Positions 45,042 to 52,255 of a DNA stretch of 52,381 bases are shown here, piece after piece. The position numbers were made by a program, and so were the translations under genes. How positions within the stretch are numbered: position 1 is the first letter of the stretch; each line of letters opens with the position of its first letter. Where the stretch lies: assembly GCA_029288775.1 (NCBI GenBank), contig JARIGQ010000003.1:1-52381 (forward strand). The letters run 5' to 3'. The notes beneath the pieces are model-generated. The model saw nothing but the letters and a program-made list of their open reading frames with translations, was not told where the DNA came from and searched no databases. This DNA comes from Candidatus Nomurabacteria bacterium. GTDB taxonomy: Bacteria; Patescibacteriota; Minisyncoccia; Phycocordibacterales; UBA5272.

Positions 45042-45344
45042 ATGACAGAGCAACCAACTCTGGAACATGACCTGGTGCGAAAAACACTCAGGTCCTTAAC
45101 GATGGAGCGGCGCACTTTGGAGGAAATTCAGCATAATTACACCCAGCTTTTCCCTCCCTTGTTTCTTTTTCGAAACACTCAATCCGTATCACTTGCTAAT
45201 CTCAAACGGGCTTTAACTTTCCTAGTGCGAGAAGGGTACGTTTCGGAAGAAGTGACAAGGTATCTTGAGCGACCGCTCAAGCGCGACACGAAAGTGTATT
45301 GTCTTTCCGGCAAAGGAATGTCATATCTTTCTAAGAAAAAGTAG
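45042..45344 (+). CDS. small winged-helix-like protein of unknown function
   Basis: 100 aa. AGGAG lies 6 nt before ATG 45042. LKRALTFLVREGYVSEE...KVYCLSGKG resembles a wHTH recognition helix plus wing. Terminator AGCACCGCC-ctagtc-GGCGGTGCT follows. Confidence 0.45.
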   Translation: MTEQPTLEHDLVRKTLRSLTMERRTLEEIQHNYTQLFPPLFLFRNTQSVSLANLKRALTFLVREGYVSEEVTRYLERPLKRDTKVYCLSGKGMSYLSKKK

Positions 45345-45377
45345 CACCGCCCTAGTCGGCGGTGCTTATTTGTTATA

Positions 45378-46268
45378 ATGCCTACAATCATGGAACCTTC
45401 CTCAATAGATCAAGAAATAGCCGAACTTGAAGCGCAGATGAATAGCGTAGATTTTTGGGTTGACAAGGAAAAGGCACAAGAGACGATAAAGAAGATAAAG
45501 GAATTAAAGGATAAGCGGGATGGTGTATCTTCTTTGGATAAAGGAAACGCGATTTTGACTATATTGGCGGGTGCCGGAGGAGATGATAGTGAAGATTTTG
45601 CCCGCATGCTCTATGAAATGTATGACGCGTATGTAAAGCGCCAAGGATATAGCTATTCTTTTTTACATGAAAATAAAAATGATCATGGCGGTTTTCGCAA
45701 TGTAACAATAGAAATTGAAGGGAAGAATGCATACGGTAATTTGAAGAATGAGTCCGGTGTGCATCGACTTGTGCGTATTTCGCCATTTAATGCACAGGCC
45801 AAGCGACACACGTCTTTTGCTCTGGTGGAAGTGTTGCCAATTATCCCCCACGTTGAGCAGAAGCCGATCCCGCCGGACGAGATTCGTATTGAAACATCAA
45901 AATCTTCTGGCCCGGGCGGACAAAATGTGAATAAGCGTGAGACTGCTGTGCGTATCGTGCATATCCCTACCAATATTGCGGTGCACGTAGCAACGGAGCG
46001 TGAGCAAGAAAGAAACAAGCAAAAAGCGCTAGAGATTTTGGCGGCAAAACTTTTTAAACTCGAAGAAGAAAAAAGAAAAGCAGAAATTGAAGGAAGGCAG
46101 ATTTCGAAGACCACTGAGATTGAGTGGGGAAATCAGATTCGCTCTTATGTGCTTCATCCTTACAAGATGGTGAAGGATCATCGTACGGATGTAGAAACCA
46201 GTAATGTAGAAGCGGTTCTTGAGAAAGGGGAGATTGATGAGTTTATAGAAGCAGAAAAGAAGCTCTAA
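45378..46268 (+). CDS. prfB: peptide chain release factor 2 (short N-terminal domain, no frameshift site)
   Basis: The SPF tripeptide (ISPFNAQ) and GGQ (SGPGGQNVNK) are present. 291-296 aa. The start is 45378 or 45393. Confidence 0.85.
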   Translation: MPTIMEPSSIDQEIAELEAQMNSVDFWVDKEKAQETIKKIKELKDKRDGVSSLDKGNAILTILAGAGGDDSEDFARMLYEMYDAYVKRQGYSYSFLHENKNDHGGFRNVTIEIEGKNAYGNLKNESGVHRLVRISPFNAQAKRHTSFALVEVLPIIPHVEQKPIPPDEIRIETSKSSGPGGQNVNKRETAVRIVHIPTNIAVHVATEREQERNKQKALEILAAKLFKLEEEKRKAEIEGRQISKTTEIEWGNQIRSYVLHPYKMVKDHRTDVETSNVEAVLEKGEIDEFIEAEKKL

Positions 46269-46297
46269 TTGACGTGGGGAAGGTAAAACGGTAGTGT
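46269..46297 (+). promoter_or_regulatory. candidate promoter of cassette F
   Basis: TTGACG (46269-46274), 17-nt spacer, TAGTGT (46292-46297). A 12-bp hairpin at 46320-46349 follows in the leader. Confidence 0.4.
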
Positions 46298-46398
46298 GAA
46301 AGCGGAAGTTACTAGACTGCAGCGAAGAGGAATAAGATCTTCTTCGCTGTGGTGTAGCCTACTATCGGGTTCAACATTGTACAGCATAAGGATCGATC

Positions 46399-47100
46399 AT
46401 GGACGATAGAAAAGTGAAACCTGCGCAAGCCATCAACCTCATGGGTCGCCTGGGTGGTGCTGTTCGCTGGGGAGACTTCGAAGTGAAGGACGTTCAGAAA
46501 ATCATCGAAACTCCTCGCTTATCAGGAAGGCATTTCGAGGAGTTCATGCGGCAAGGGGGCAGGATGTCCCTCGAAAATATTCCCATTTGTATTCTCGAGG
46601 AGCGAACGGTTGGACTCCGCTCAGGAGACTGGAGTGATCAGGTTCATTACGTGGAGCAGGTCATCGAAACAGATCTTCTGTTTTCACGCTCGTCCCATCA
46701 CGTCCTCGTTCGGGGAAGTGTGCTTCTTGCACCGGAAGATTGGAGACAAAGACGGGAAGCGAAAGTGGTGGTACTGGAGATCATTCCCGAATACGCAGGA
46801 GACATAGACGGCCACTCGGTCGTGCGGCGCTACAGGATGCTTGAGCTTATGGAGCTCCTGGATCTCTACCCTTCTACTTTTCCGGAAGCTGTGGCATTTT
46901 TCGAGCAAGTTCCAACTACCCATAAGCCTGTAGTCATCCTGAACGCGTGGAAAAACATTTATAAGGAGGTGGGTGATGTAGTGTTCACTTCAAAGCAAAC
47001 CGCCGGACGTCCCGTCTACGAGTTCGGTCCGATTGACGGCCGCGTCAACGACCCCGAAGCCTGCGGCGGTCACCACTACTATCTTGCCACCCGGTATTGA
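46399..47100 (+). CDS. cassette F: 233-aa protein of unknown function
   Basis: AAGGA lies 6 nt before the ATG. It has a G+C-rich, G/C-ending codon bias and a TGA stop. Its own terminator is at 47121-47143. Confidence 0.65.
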   Translation: MDDRKVKPAQAINLMGRLGGAVRWGDFEVKDVQKIIETPRLSGRHFEEFMRQGGRMSLENIPICILEERTVGLRSGDWSDQVHYVEQVIETDLLFSRSSHHVLVRGSVLLAPEDWRQRREAKVVVLEIIPEYAGDIDGHSVVRRYRMLELMELLDLYPSTFPEAVAFFEQVPTTHKPVVILNAWKNIYKEVGDVVFTSKQTAGRPVYEFGPIDGRVNDPEACGGHHYYLATRY

Positions 47101-47120
47101 CGAGCTGAGAAAATAATCGA

Positions 47121-47143
47121 AGCCGCCTTCGGGCGGTTTTTTC
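47121..47143 (+). terminator. rho-independent terminator of cassette F
   Basis: AGCCGCC-ttcg-GGCGGTT followed by a T-run. Confidence 0.8.
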
Positions 47144-47195
47144 TTTGTATACAAAGTATTATTCACACATTGTCACAAATCGTTTTTTGATGTGT

Positions 47196-47201
47196 TAAGA
47201 T
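47196..47201 (+). promoter_or_regulatory. -10 hexamer TAAGAT 6 nt before ftsE ATG; putative leaderless promoter
   Basis: gtTAAGATaagagtATG. Confidence 0.45.
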
Positions 47202-47207
47202 AAGAGT

Positions 47208-47888
47208 ATGCTTTACTTCGACAAAGTTTCGAAGGAATACGAGAACGGAACGAAAGTCATTGATGACATTTCGCTTACCATCCATCCAGGAGAACTCGTA
47301 TCCATTGTAGGTCACTCAGGCGCTGGGAAAACCACGCTTATCAAATTGCTTCTTGCAGAAGAGCACCCAACATCGGGCAAGGTGCATTTTCACTCGGAAG
47401 ATATCCATAAGCTCCGTGGCAAGGACATGACCAATTATCGCCGCAAGGTAGGCGTCGTGTTCCAGGACTTTCGACTTATTCCAAACAAGACGGCGTATGA
47501 AAATGTGGCTTTTGCCATGGAAGCGGCAGGTAAGCATGACGACGATATTCGGGAGGATGTTCCGCACGTGCTTGATCTTGTGGACTTGAAAGACAAGATG
47601 CACCACTTCCCACACCAGCTCTCTGGTGGTGAACAGCAGCGTGTCGCAATTGCTCGCGCTATCATCAATCGTCCGGAAATCATCATTGCAGACGAACCAA
47701 CAGGAAACTTAGATCCGCTCAACACTTACGATATCGTGCAGATTTTGAAGAAGATCAATGATTTAGGTACTACGGTTATTCTTACTACTCATAACAAAGG
47801 CATTGTGGACAATCTCGGTCGCCGCGTAATTACCATGGAAGATGGTCGTGTCACCCGTGATCAGAAATCCGGTAAGTTCACCATGTAA
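47208..47888 (+). CDS. ftsE: cell division ATP-binding protein FtsE
   Basis: Walker [10 protein letters not shown], signature LSGGEQQR, Walker [12 protein letters not shown]. It is followed by ftsX. Confidence 0.9.
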   Translation: MLYFDKVSKEYENGTKVIDDISLTIHPGELVSIVGHSGAGKTTLIKLLLAEEHPTSGKVHFHSEDIHKLRGKDMTNYRRKVGVVFQDFRLIPNKTAYENVAFAMEAAGKHDDDIREDVPHVLDLVDLKDKMHHFPHQLSGGEQQRVAIARAIINRPEIIIADEPTGNLDPLNTYDIVQILKKINDLGTTVILTTHNKGIVDNLGRRVITMEDGRVTRDQKSGKFTM

Positions 47889-47898
47889 TTTTATTTTT

Positions 47899-48825
47899 AT
47901 GCGAACCACACTTGCTCGTCGAATTGTTACTGCCGGCCTTAGAGGATTTTACCGAAATCGCACGGTTTCGCTTTCTTCGATTTTCATTTTGACGATTACG
48001 CTTTCTATCATGACGGCGTTCTTCATTTTCCACGCTATTTTCAATTACACCCTCGAGCAGGTGACAGAGAAGGTGGATGTGCGTATTTACTTTACAACTG
48101 ATGCAACGGATTCTGAGATAAATGATGTCAAAGCACGTATTGTGGGACTGCCTGAGGTAAAATCAGTCACTCTCACTACGCGCGATCAGGCACTTGCCGA
48201 TTTCCGCGACAAGCATGCAGGAGATCAACTGACGCTTCAGGCACTCGATGAGCTTGGTACCAATCCATTCGGCGCTTCGCTTTCTGTGGTTGCCAAGGAT
48301 ACTTCACAGTATCAAGCAATTGCCGATCAACTTTCTGGTGATTCTGGCCTTTTGGGAGGGAGCCAAGGATCGGTGGATAAGATTAACTACTATCAGCTCA
48401 AGGATTCCATTGATAAATTGAATAATATTATCGGATGGACGAATACGGTAGGATTTTGGATTTCGCTTGTCTTCGTACTTATGAGTTGTATGATCGTATA
48501 CAACACGATTCGTCTCGCCATTTTCGTCTATCGTGATGAAATTGCGGTTATGAAGCTGGTAGGGGCATCGAATATGTTCATTCGTGGTCCGTTTATTGTC
48601 GAGGCTACGCTCTATGCGCTTGTAGCCACCCTTATCACACTCATCTTCTATTGGCCGGCGACTATCTGGGTAACTAAGAAAACAGTCTTTTTCTTCGAAG
48701 GGCTTAATCTTCACTCATATTACGTTTCGCACATTTTCCAACTCGGCGGTATTTTGCTTCTCTCGGGTATTATTCTCTCGGTTATTTCCTCTCTTCTTGC
48801 CGTTCGAAAATATTTGAACATTTAA
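47899..48825 (+). CDS. ftsX: cell division permease FtsX
   Basis: Start moved to ATG 47899. It has an N-terminal TM, a periplasmic domain and a C-terminal 3 TM with MKLVGASNMFIRGPF. Confidence 0.85.
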   Translation: MRTTLARRIVTAGLRGFYRNRTVSLSSIFILTITLSIMTAFFIFHAIFNYTLEQVTEKVDVRIYFTTDATDSEINDVKARIVGLPEVKSVTLTTRDQALADFRDKHAGDQLTLQALDELGTNPFGASLSVVAKDTSQYQAIADQLSGDSGLLGGSQGSVDKINYYQLKDSIDKLNNIIGWTNTVGFWISLVFVLMSCMIVYNTIRLAIFVYRDEIAVMKLVGASNMFIRGPFIVEATLYALVATLITLIFYWPATIWVTKKTVFFFEGLNLHSYYVSHIFQLGGILLLSGIILSVISSLLAVRKYLNI

Positions 48826-48851
48826 ACCACAAGCATAGAGTGCTGGTACTA

Positions 48852-48865
48852 AGAACAATTGTTCT
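48852..48865. promoter_or_regulatory. perfect 14-bp palindrome AGAACAATTGTTCT (GAAC-N4-GTTC) upstream of the helicase gene
   Basis: It has the same 14-mer core as 43789-43802. It lies 31 nt upstream of the TATACT at 48897-48902. Confidence 0.45.
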
Positions 48866-48912
48866 ACTATCAACATAGAAGCTTTCTTTTCTGCGGTATA
48901 CTAAAAGCCTCT

Positions 48913-50565
48913 ATGACGCAGAAAACTGCTCTTTCAATTTTGAAACTTGGCCACACGGTCTTTTTGACTGGAGCTGCAGGTTCGGGAAAGTCGTATACGC
49001 TTCGTGAATACATTACCTACCTCAAAAAGCACGGCATACGCTATGCGGTAACTGCATCTACCGGTATTGCCTCCACTCATGTTGGTGGGACGACTATTCA
49101 CGCCTGGAGCGGTATTGGTATTAAGCAGCGCCTTACAGACTATGAATTGGATGCTATTGAAGAAAAGGCGAATGTGTACAAACGTTGGAATGAAACCCAG
49201 GTGCTTATTATTGATGAGATTTCCATGCTCCACGCTTCGTTTGTAGATATGTTGGACAAGGTAGCCAAGCATATGCGGAGAAATGATAAGCCTTTCGGCG
49301 GTCTTCAGGTTGTATTTACGGGGGACTTCTTTCAATTGCCTCCGGTTGTGCGAAATGATAGCACCTATGAAAGTCAGGAGGTGTACGCATTTGCTTCGCG
49401 GGCATGGAAAGAAGCCAAGCCTGTGATCTGTTATTTGACCGAACAGCATCGCCAGGATGATGACTCACTTTCCACTATTTTAAATGCCATTCGCGCAGGG
49501 GAGGTGGAAGAAGAGCATTATGAAATGCTTCGTGAAGCAACGCAGGCGCATACCGATGATCACATCAAGCTTTATACACATAATGAAAACGTCGACCTTA
49601 TCAATAGGAAAGCGTTTAATGAACTTCCGGGAGATGTGCGTACCTATGAGATGGTAGCAAGTGGCAAAGGTGCACTTCTTGAAGCTCTTAAGAACAATTG
49701 TTTGGCAGATGAAACCCTTGAACTCAAAAAAGGCGCCAAGGTTATCTTCATCAAGAATGATATCGAACGCAGATTTGTTAATGGTTCCATGGGGGAAGTG
49801 GTGGATTTTGAAACAGACGATACGCCAGTAGTGGAACTTGCTAGTGGGAGACGTGTTTCGGTAAAGGCAGATTCGTGGCGCATTGAGGAGGATGGCAAAG
49901 TAAAAGCCGAAATCTCGCAATTGCCACTTAAGCTTGCCTGGGCAATTACCGTACACAAGAGCCAGGGAATGACCCTTGAAAGGGCAGAAATTGACTTGAG
50001 CCGGGCCTTTGCTTCCGGTCAGGGATATGTGGCACTTTCACGCTTGAAGAGTCTCCAGGGGCTTCATCTGGTCGGGTTTAATCCTCAAGCTCTCCAGGTT
50101 TCGGAAATTGTTCGGGAAGCGGATTATTCATTTCGTACAAAGAGTGAACAAGCCGAACAAGCTCTGGATAAATACGATACAGAGGAGTTGCAAAAGCTCC
50201 ATGAAAAGTTCCTGACCCAATCCGGAGGATCGATAGAGGAATTATCCGAAGAAGAAGCTGAAGAGCTTCAGGAAAAAACAAAATCGCATGTCGTCACCCA
50301 AGAAATGCTAGCAACCGGCATGGCACTTAAGGATATTGCTGAAGTTCGCGGACTTTCTATTGATACCATTATTGGTCACATTGAAAAGCTGGCTGAACTC
50401 AAAGAAAAAGTAGAGCTTGCACATGTGCTTCCAAAGAAGAAAGAAGTAACAGAAATCAAAAAAGCTTTTGAGGTGTTGGAAACTACGAAACTTACTCCTG
50501 TGTTTGATCACCTTAAGGGTAAGTATACGTTTCATCAGATTCGTCTTGTGCGAGTGCTTGTATAA
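48913..50565 (+). CDS. Pif1/RecD-like AAA ATPase DNA helicase with C-terminal HTH-like domain
   Basis: Start moved to ATG 48913. Walker A GAAGSGKS, Walker B LIIDEISML, plus FTGDFFQLPPV and AITVHKSQG. Confidence 0.8.
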   Translation: MTQKTALSILKLGHTVFLTGAAGSGKSYTLREYITYLKKHGIRYAVTASTGIASTHVGGTTIHAWSGIGIKQRLTDYELDAIEEKANVYKRWNETQVLIIDEISMLHASFVDMLDKVAKHMRRNDKPFGGLQVVFTGDFFQLPPVVRNDSTYESQEVYAFASRAWKEAKPVICYLTEQHRQDDDSLSTILNAIRAGEVEEEHYEMLREATQAHTDDHIKLYTHNENVDLINRKAFNELPGDVRTYEMVASGKGALLEALKNNCLADETLELKKGAKVIFIKNDIERRFVNGSMGEVVDFETDDTPVVELASGRRVSVKADSWRIEEDGKVKAEISQLPLKLAWAITVHKSQGMTLERAEIDLSRAFASGQGYVALSRLKSLQGLHLVGFNPQALQVSEIVREADYSFRTKSEQAEQALDKYDTEELQKLHEKFLTQSGGSIEELSEEEAEELQEKTKSHVVTQEMLATGMALKDIAEVRGLSIDTIIGHIEKLAELKEKVELAHVLPKKKEVTEIKKAFEVLETTKLTPVFDHLKGKYTFHQIRLVRVLV

Positions 50566-50573
50566 AAAGAAAG

Positions 50574-50595
50574 GCGGCGAGCGTGGGCTCGCCGC
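50574..50595 (-). terminator. hairpin terminator of cassette G (may also serve the helicase gene)
   Basis: GCGGCGAGC-gtgg-GCTCGCCGC. On the minus strand it is followed by ctttctttt. Confidence 0.65.
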
Positions 50596-50602
50596 AGTGG
50601 CT

Positions 50603-50764
50603 TCACGCCATCTGGTAGAAAGGCAGTTGTTCCTGGCGCGTGTCTGCCGGTGCCGACCGCGGCGGAACTTCCTCTTCTTGCGCGCAGGTCTGCAAGGGCG
50701 TGGTTCCGTTGAAAAGGTCAGGATGGTCCGGGTTGTCCGGATCGATGTCGTAATCGTTGCTCAT
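50603..50764 (-). CDS. cassette G: 53-aa acidic protein of unknown function (below the ORF-track length cutoff)
   Basis: Minus strand reads AAAGGAG-tatatcg-ATG and encodes MSNDYDIDPDNPDHPDLFNGTTPLQTCAQEEEVPPRSAPADTRQEQLPFYQMA. TGA stop. G+C-rich. Confidence 0.4.
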   Translation of the reverse strand: MSNDYDIDPDNPDHPDLFNGTTPLQTCAQEEEVPPRSAPADTRQEQLPFYQMA

Positions 50765-50850
50765 CGATATACTCCTTTTGGGATGGACCCACTTTTAAGC
50801 ATACACCTCTTCCAATGCGAGGGTGTTTATAACTTGTATATGTCTTTATC

Positions 50851-50948
50851 TGGATGCAGGCACCGGATTCGAACCGGCTTTTCTTTCGCAATATCCTAAG
50901 ACACGAAGCATCTTACGAAAGAAAATGTTACCAGGTAAACTGCCCGCA
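50851..50948 (-). ncRNA. non-canonical tRNA-like RNA gene (98 nt, CCA encoded)
   Basis: Acceptor is 7 bp, TGCGGGC/GCCTGCA (one G-T pair). T-arm GCCGG-TTCGAAT-CCGGT is canonical. The 3' end is T-CCA. The D-arm is vestigial (TTAC-ctg-GTAA). The anticodon-arm position is occupied by a 10-bp helix (TTTTCTTTCG/CGAAAGAAAA) enclosing a hairpin TAAGA-(9 nt)-TCTTA. Confidence 0.4.
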
Positions 50949-51062
50949 TTGCGAGTGCGATTTGGATAGCACTCGAAGTAAATAGACGCAGCTACTTACA
51001 AAATCTTACACTTTGGCAATTGTTGAAAGATTGGTCTAAAAATGGTACTATGATGGCCACAT

Positions 51063-51133
51063 TGGGGTATCGTCTAATGGTAGGACAACGGATTCTGGCT
51101 CCGTTAATCGTGGTTCGAGTCCATGTACCCCAG
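51063..51133 (+). tRNA. tRNA-Gln (anticodon CTG), CCA not encoded
   Basis: TGGGGTA-TC-GTCT-AATGGTA-GGAC-A-ACGGA-TTCTGGC-TCCGT-TAAT-CGTGG-TTCGAGT-CCATG-TACCCCA-G. The upstream promoter is TTGAAA-17-TACTAT. Confidence 0.9.
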
Positions 51134-51137
51134 CTGA

Positions 51138-51143
51138 TATACT
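51138..51143 (+). promoter_or_regulatory. -10 hexamer TATACT (TGa-extended) 7 nt before ATG 51151; putative leaderless promoter
   Basis: cTGaTATACTtgtcatcATG. Confidence 0.5.
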
Positions 51144-51150
51144 TGTCATC

Positions 51151-51840
51151 ATGACAACACAACTACGAGAAGATAATCCATTTGAAGATTCAAAGATGGC
51201 ACAGGAGTGGATTGATGCTATTGAGACTGAAAGAGGAGGAGCTCGAGAAAAGGAAGTGTACCCAATGATTAATAGTTGGGTAAAAGAAAATCACCTTCAA
51301 ACAGTTTTGGAAGTAGGAGCTGGGCAAGGTGTCTGTTCTCCATATGTTGAAACTGAATATATTGGTGTCGAACCATCTCAAGCTCTTATCGATAGGGCAT
51401 TTGAGTTGTATCCTCAAAAGAAATTTATTAAAGGGTCTTCTTACGAGCTTCCACTAGAAAAGGGAAGTGTGGACGGAGCTTTTTCAGTCGGTGTTTGGTT
51501 TCATATTGAAAACCTAGACGACGCACATAAGGAGCTCTCCCGAGTTTTAAAACCAGAGGGTAAGGTTTTTATTATCACTTCCAACCCAGAAACTCACGAT
51601 GAATGGGAGTCTCTTTTTACAGGAACTAAAGAAGGGAAGAAGTTGGACGGAGCGGTAAAGCTGCCTACAGGTAAAATGACTCGTAATGTATTCTTTTTGC
51701 ACACAAAAGAAGATATCATCAGTTCACTTGAGAAAGCTGGTTTTGAAATAATAAGCACTAAAAACTTTGGTTATGGCAGTGAGAATGTGGAAGACAGAGG
51801 TTTGGGATTCTGGATTGCTATTGAAGCACGGAAGAGGTAA
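51151..51840 (+). CDS. class I SAM-dependent methyltransferase
   Basis: Motif I VLEVGAGQGV. Also LKPEGKVFIITSN. Confidence 0.85.
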   Translation: MTTQLREDNPFEDSKMAQEWIDAIETERGGAREKEVYPMINSWVKENHLQTVLEVGAGQGVCSPYVETEYIGVEPSQALIDRAFELYPQKKFIKGSSYELPLEKGSVDGAFSVGVWFHIENLDDAHKELSRVLKPEGKVFIITSNPETHDEWESLFTGTKEGKKLDGAVKLPTGKMTRNVFFLHTKEDIISSLEKAGFEIISTKNFGYGSENVEDRGLGFWIAIEARKR

Positions 51841-51880
51841 GAAAAGTTCGAACTTCTTCCATGAGCAGCTCGAGAATTTA

Positions 51881-51916
51881 AAAACAAAGACCGCCGAAGC
51901 GATCTTGCTTGGCGGT
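51881..51916 (-). terminator. hairpin terminator for the minus-strand ORF 51924-52124
   Basis: ACCGCC-(15 nt)-GGCGGT. On the minus strand it is followed by ctttgttttt. Confidence 0.55.
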
Positions 51917-51923
51917 GTGGTGT

Positions 51924-52124
51924 TCAGCGTTGACGGTCCTGCTCCGGCCTGGGTGTGTGGATGAGAATCATGCCGCCTCGTGCAGGACCCAGTACCTGCC
52001 TGACCACCTCTCCCAATTGGACCATGAGTTGGCTTTTTTGGGTTTCGGTGATCTGCTTGTCGAGTGCCAGATCGATATTGAACGCGTATGTCTCTTCCAA
52101 AGCGATCTCCTTCAAAAGCTCCAA
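51924..52124 (-). CDS. cassette H, ORF1: 66-aa protein of unknown function (start uncertain, TTG)
   Basis: It is G+C-rich with a TGA stop. A consensus promoter ends 7 nt before the TTG. There is no SD. Internal ATG alternatives exist. Confidence 0.35.
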   Translation of the reverse strand: MELLKEIALEETYAFNIDLALDKQITETQKSQLMVQLGEVVRQVLGPARGGMILIHTPRPEQDRQR

Positions 52125-52131
52125 GGTATTT

Positions 52132-52160
52132 ATTGTATCACATTAAGTTAATTATGTCAA
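52132..52160 (-). promoter_or_regulatory. near-consensus sigma70 promoter facing ORF 51924-52124
   Basis: Minus strand reads TTGACA (52155-52160), 17-nt spacer, TACAAT (52132-52137). Confidence 0.55.
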
Positions 52161-52255
52161 TATTAAAGTTCTAACTTCGCCCCAGAGCCCCAGCTCGAAG
52201 GTTTGTGATAGTTTTATGATAAAATTCGGAATGAACTTCCCGAGGAGAATTGTTC

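Noticed and set aside
45345-45400. Programmed +1 frameshift site of prfB.
   Set aside because: The ORF is continuous from its start and the upstream spacer is too short for a first exon. No CUU UGA motif is present.
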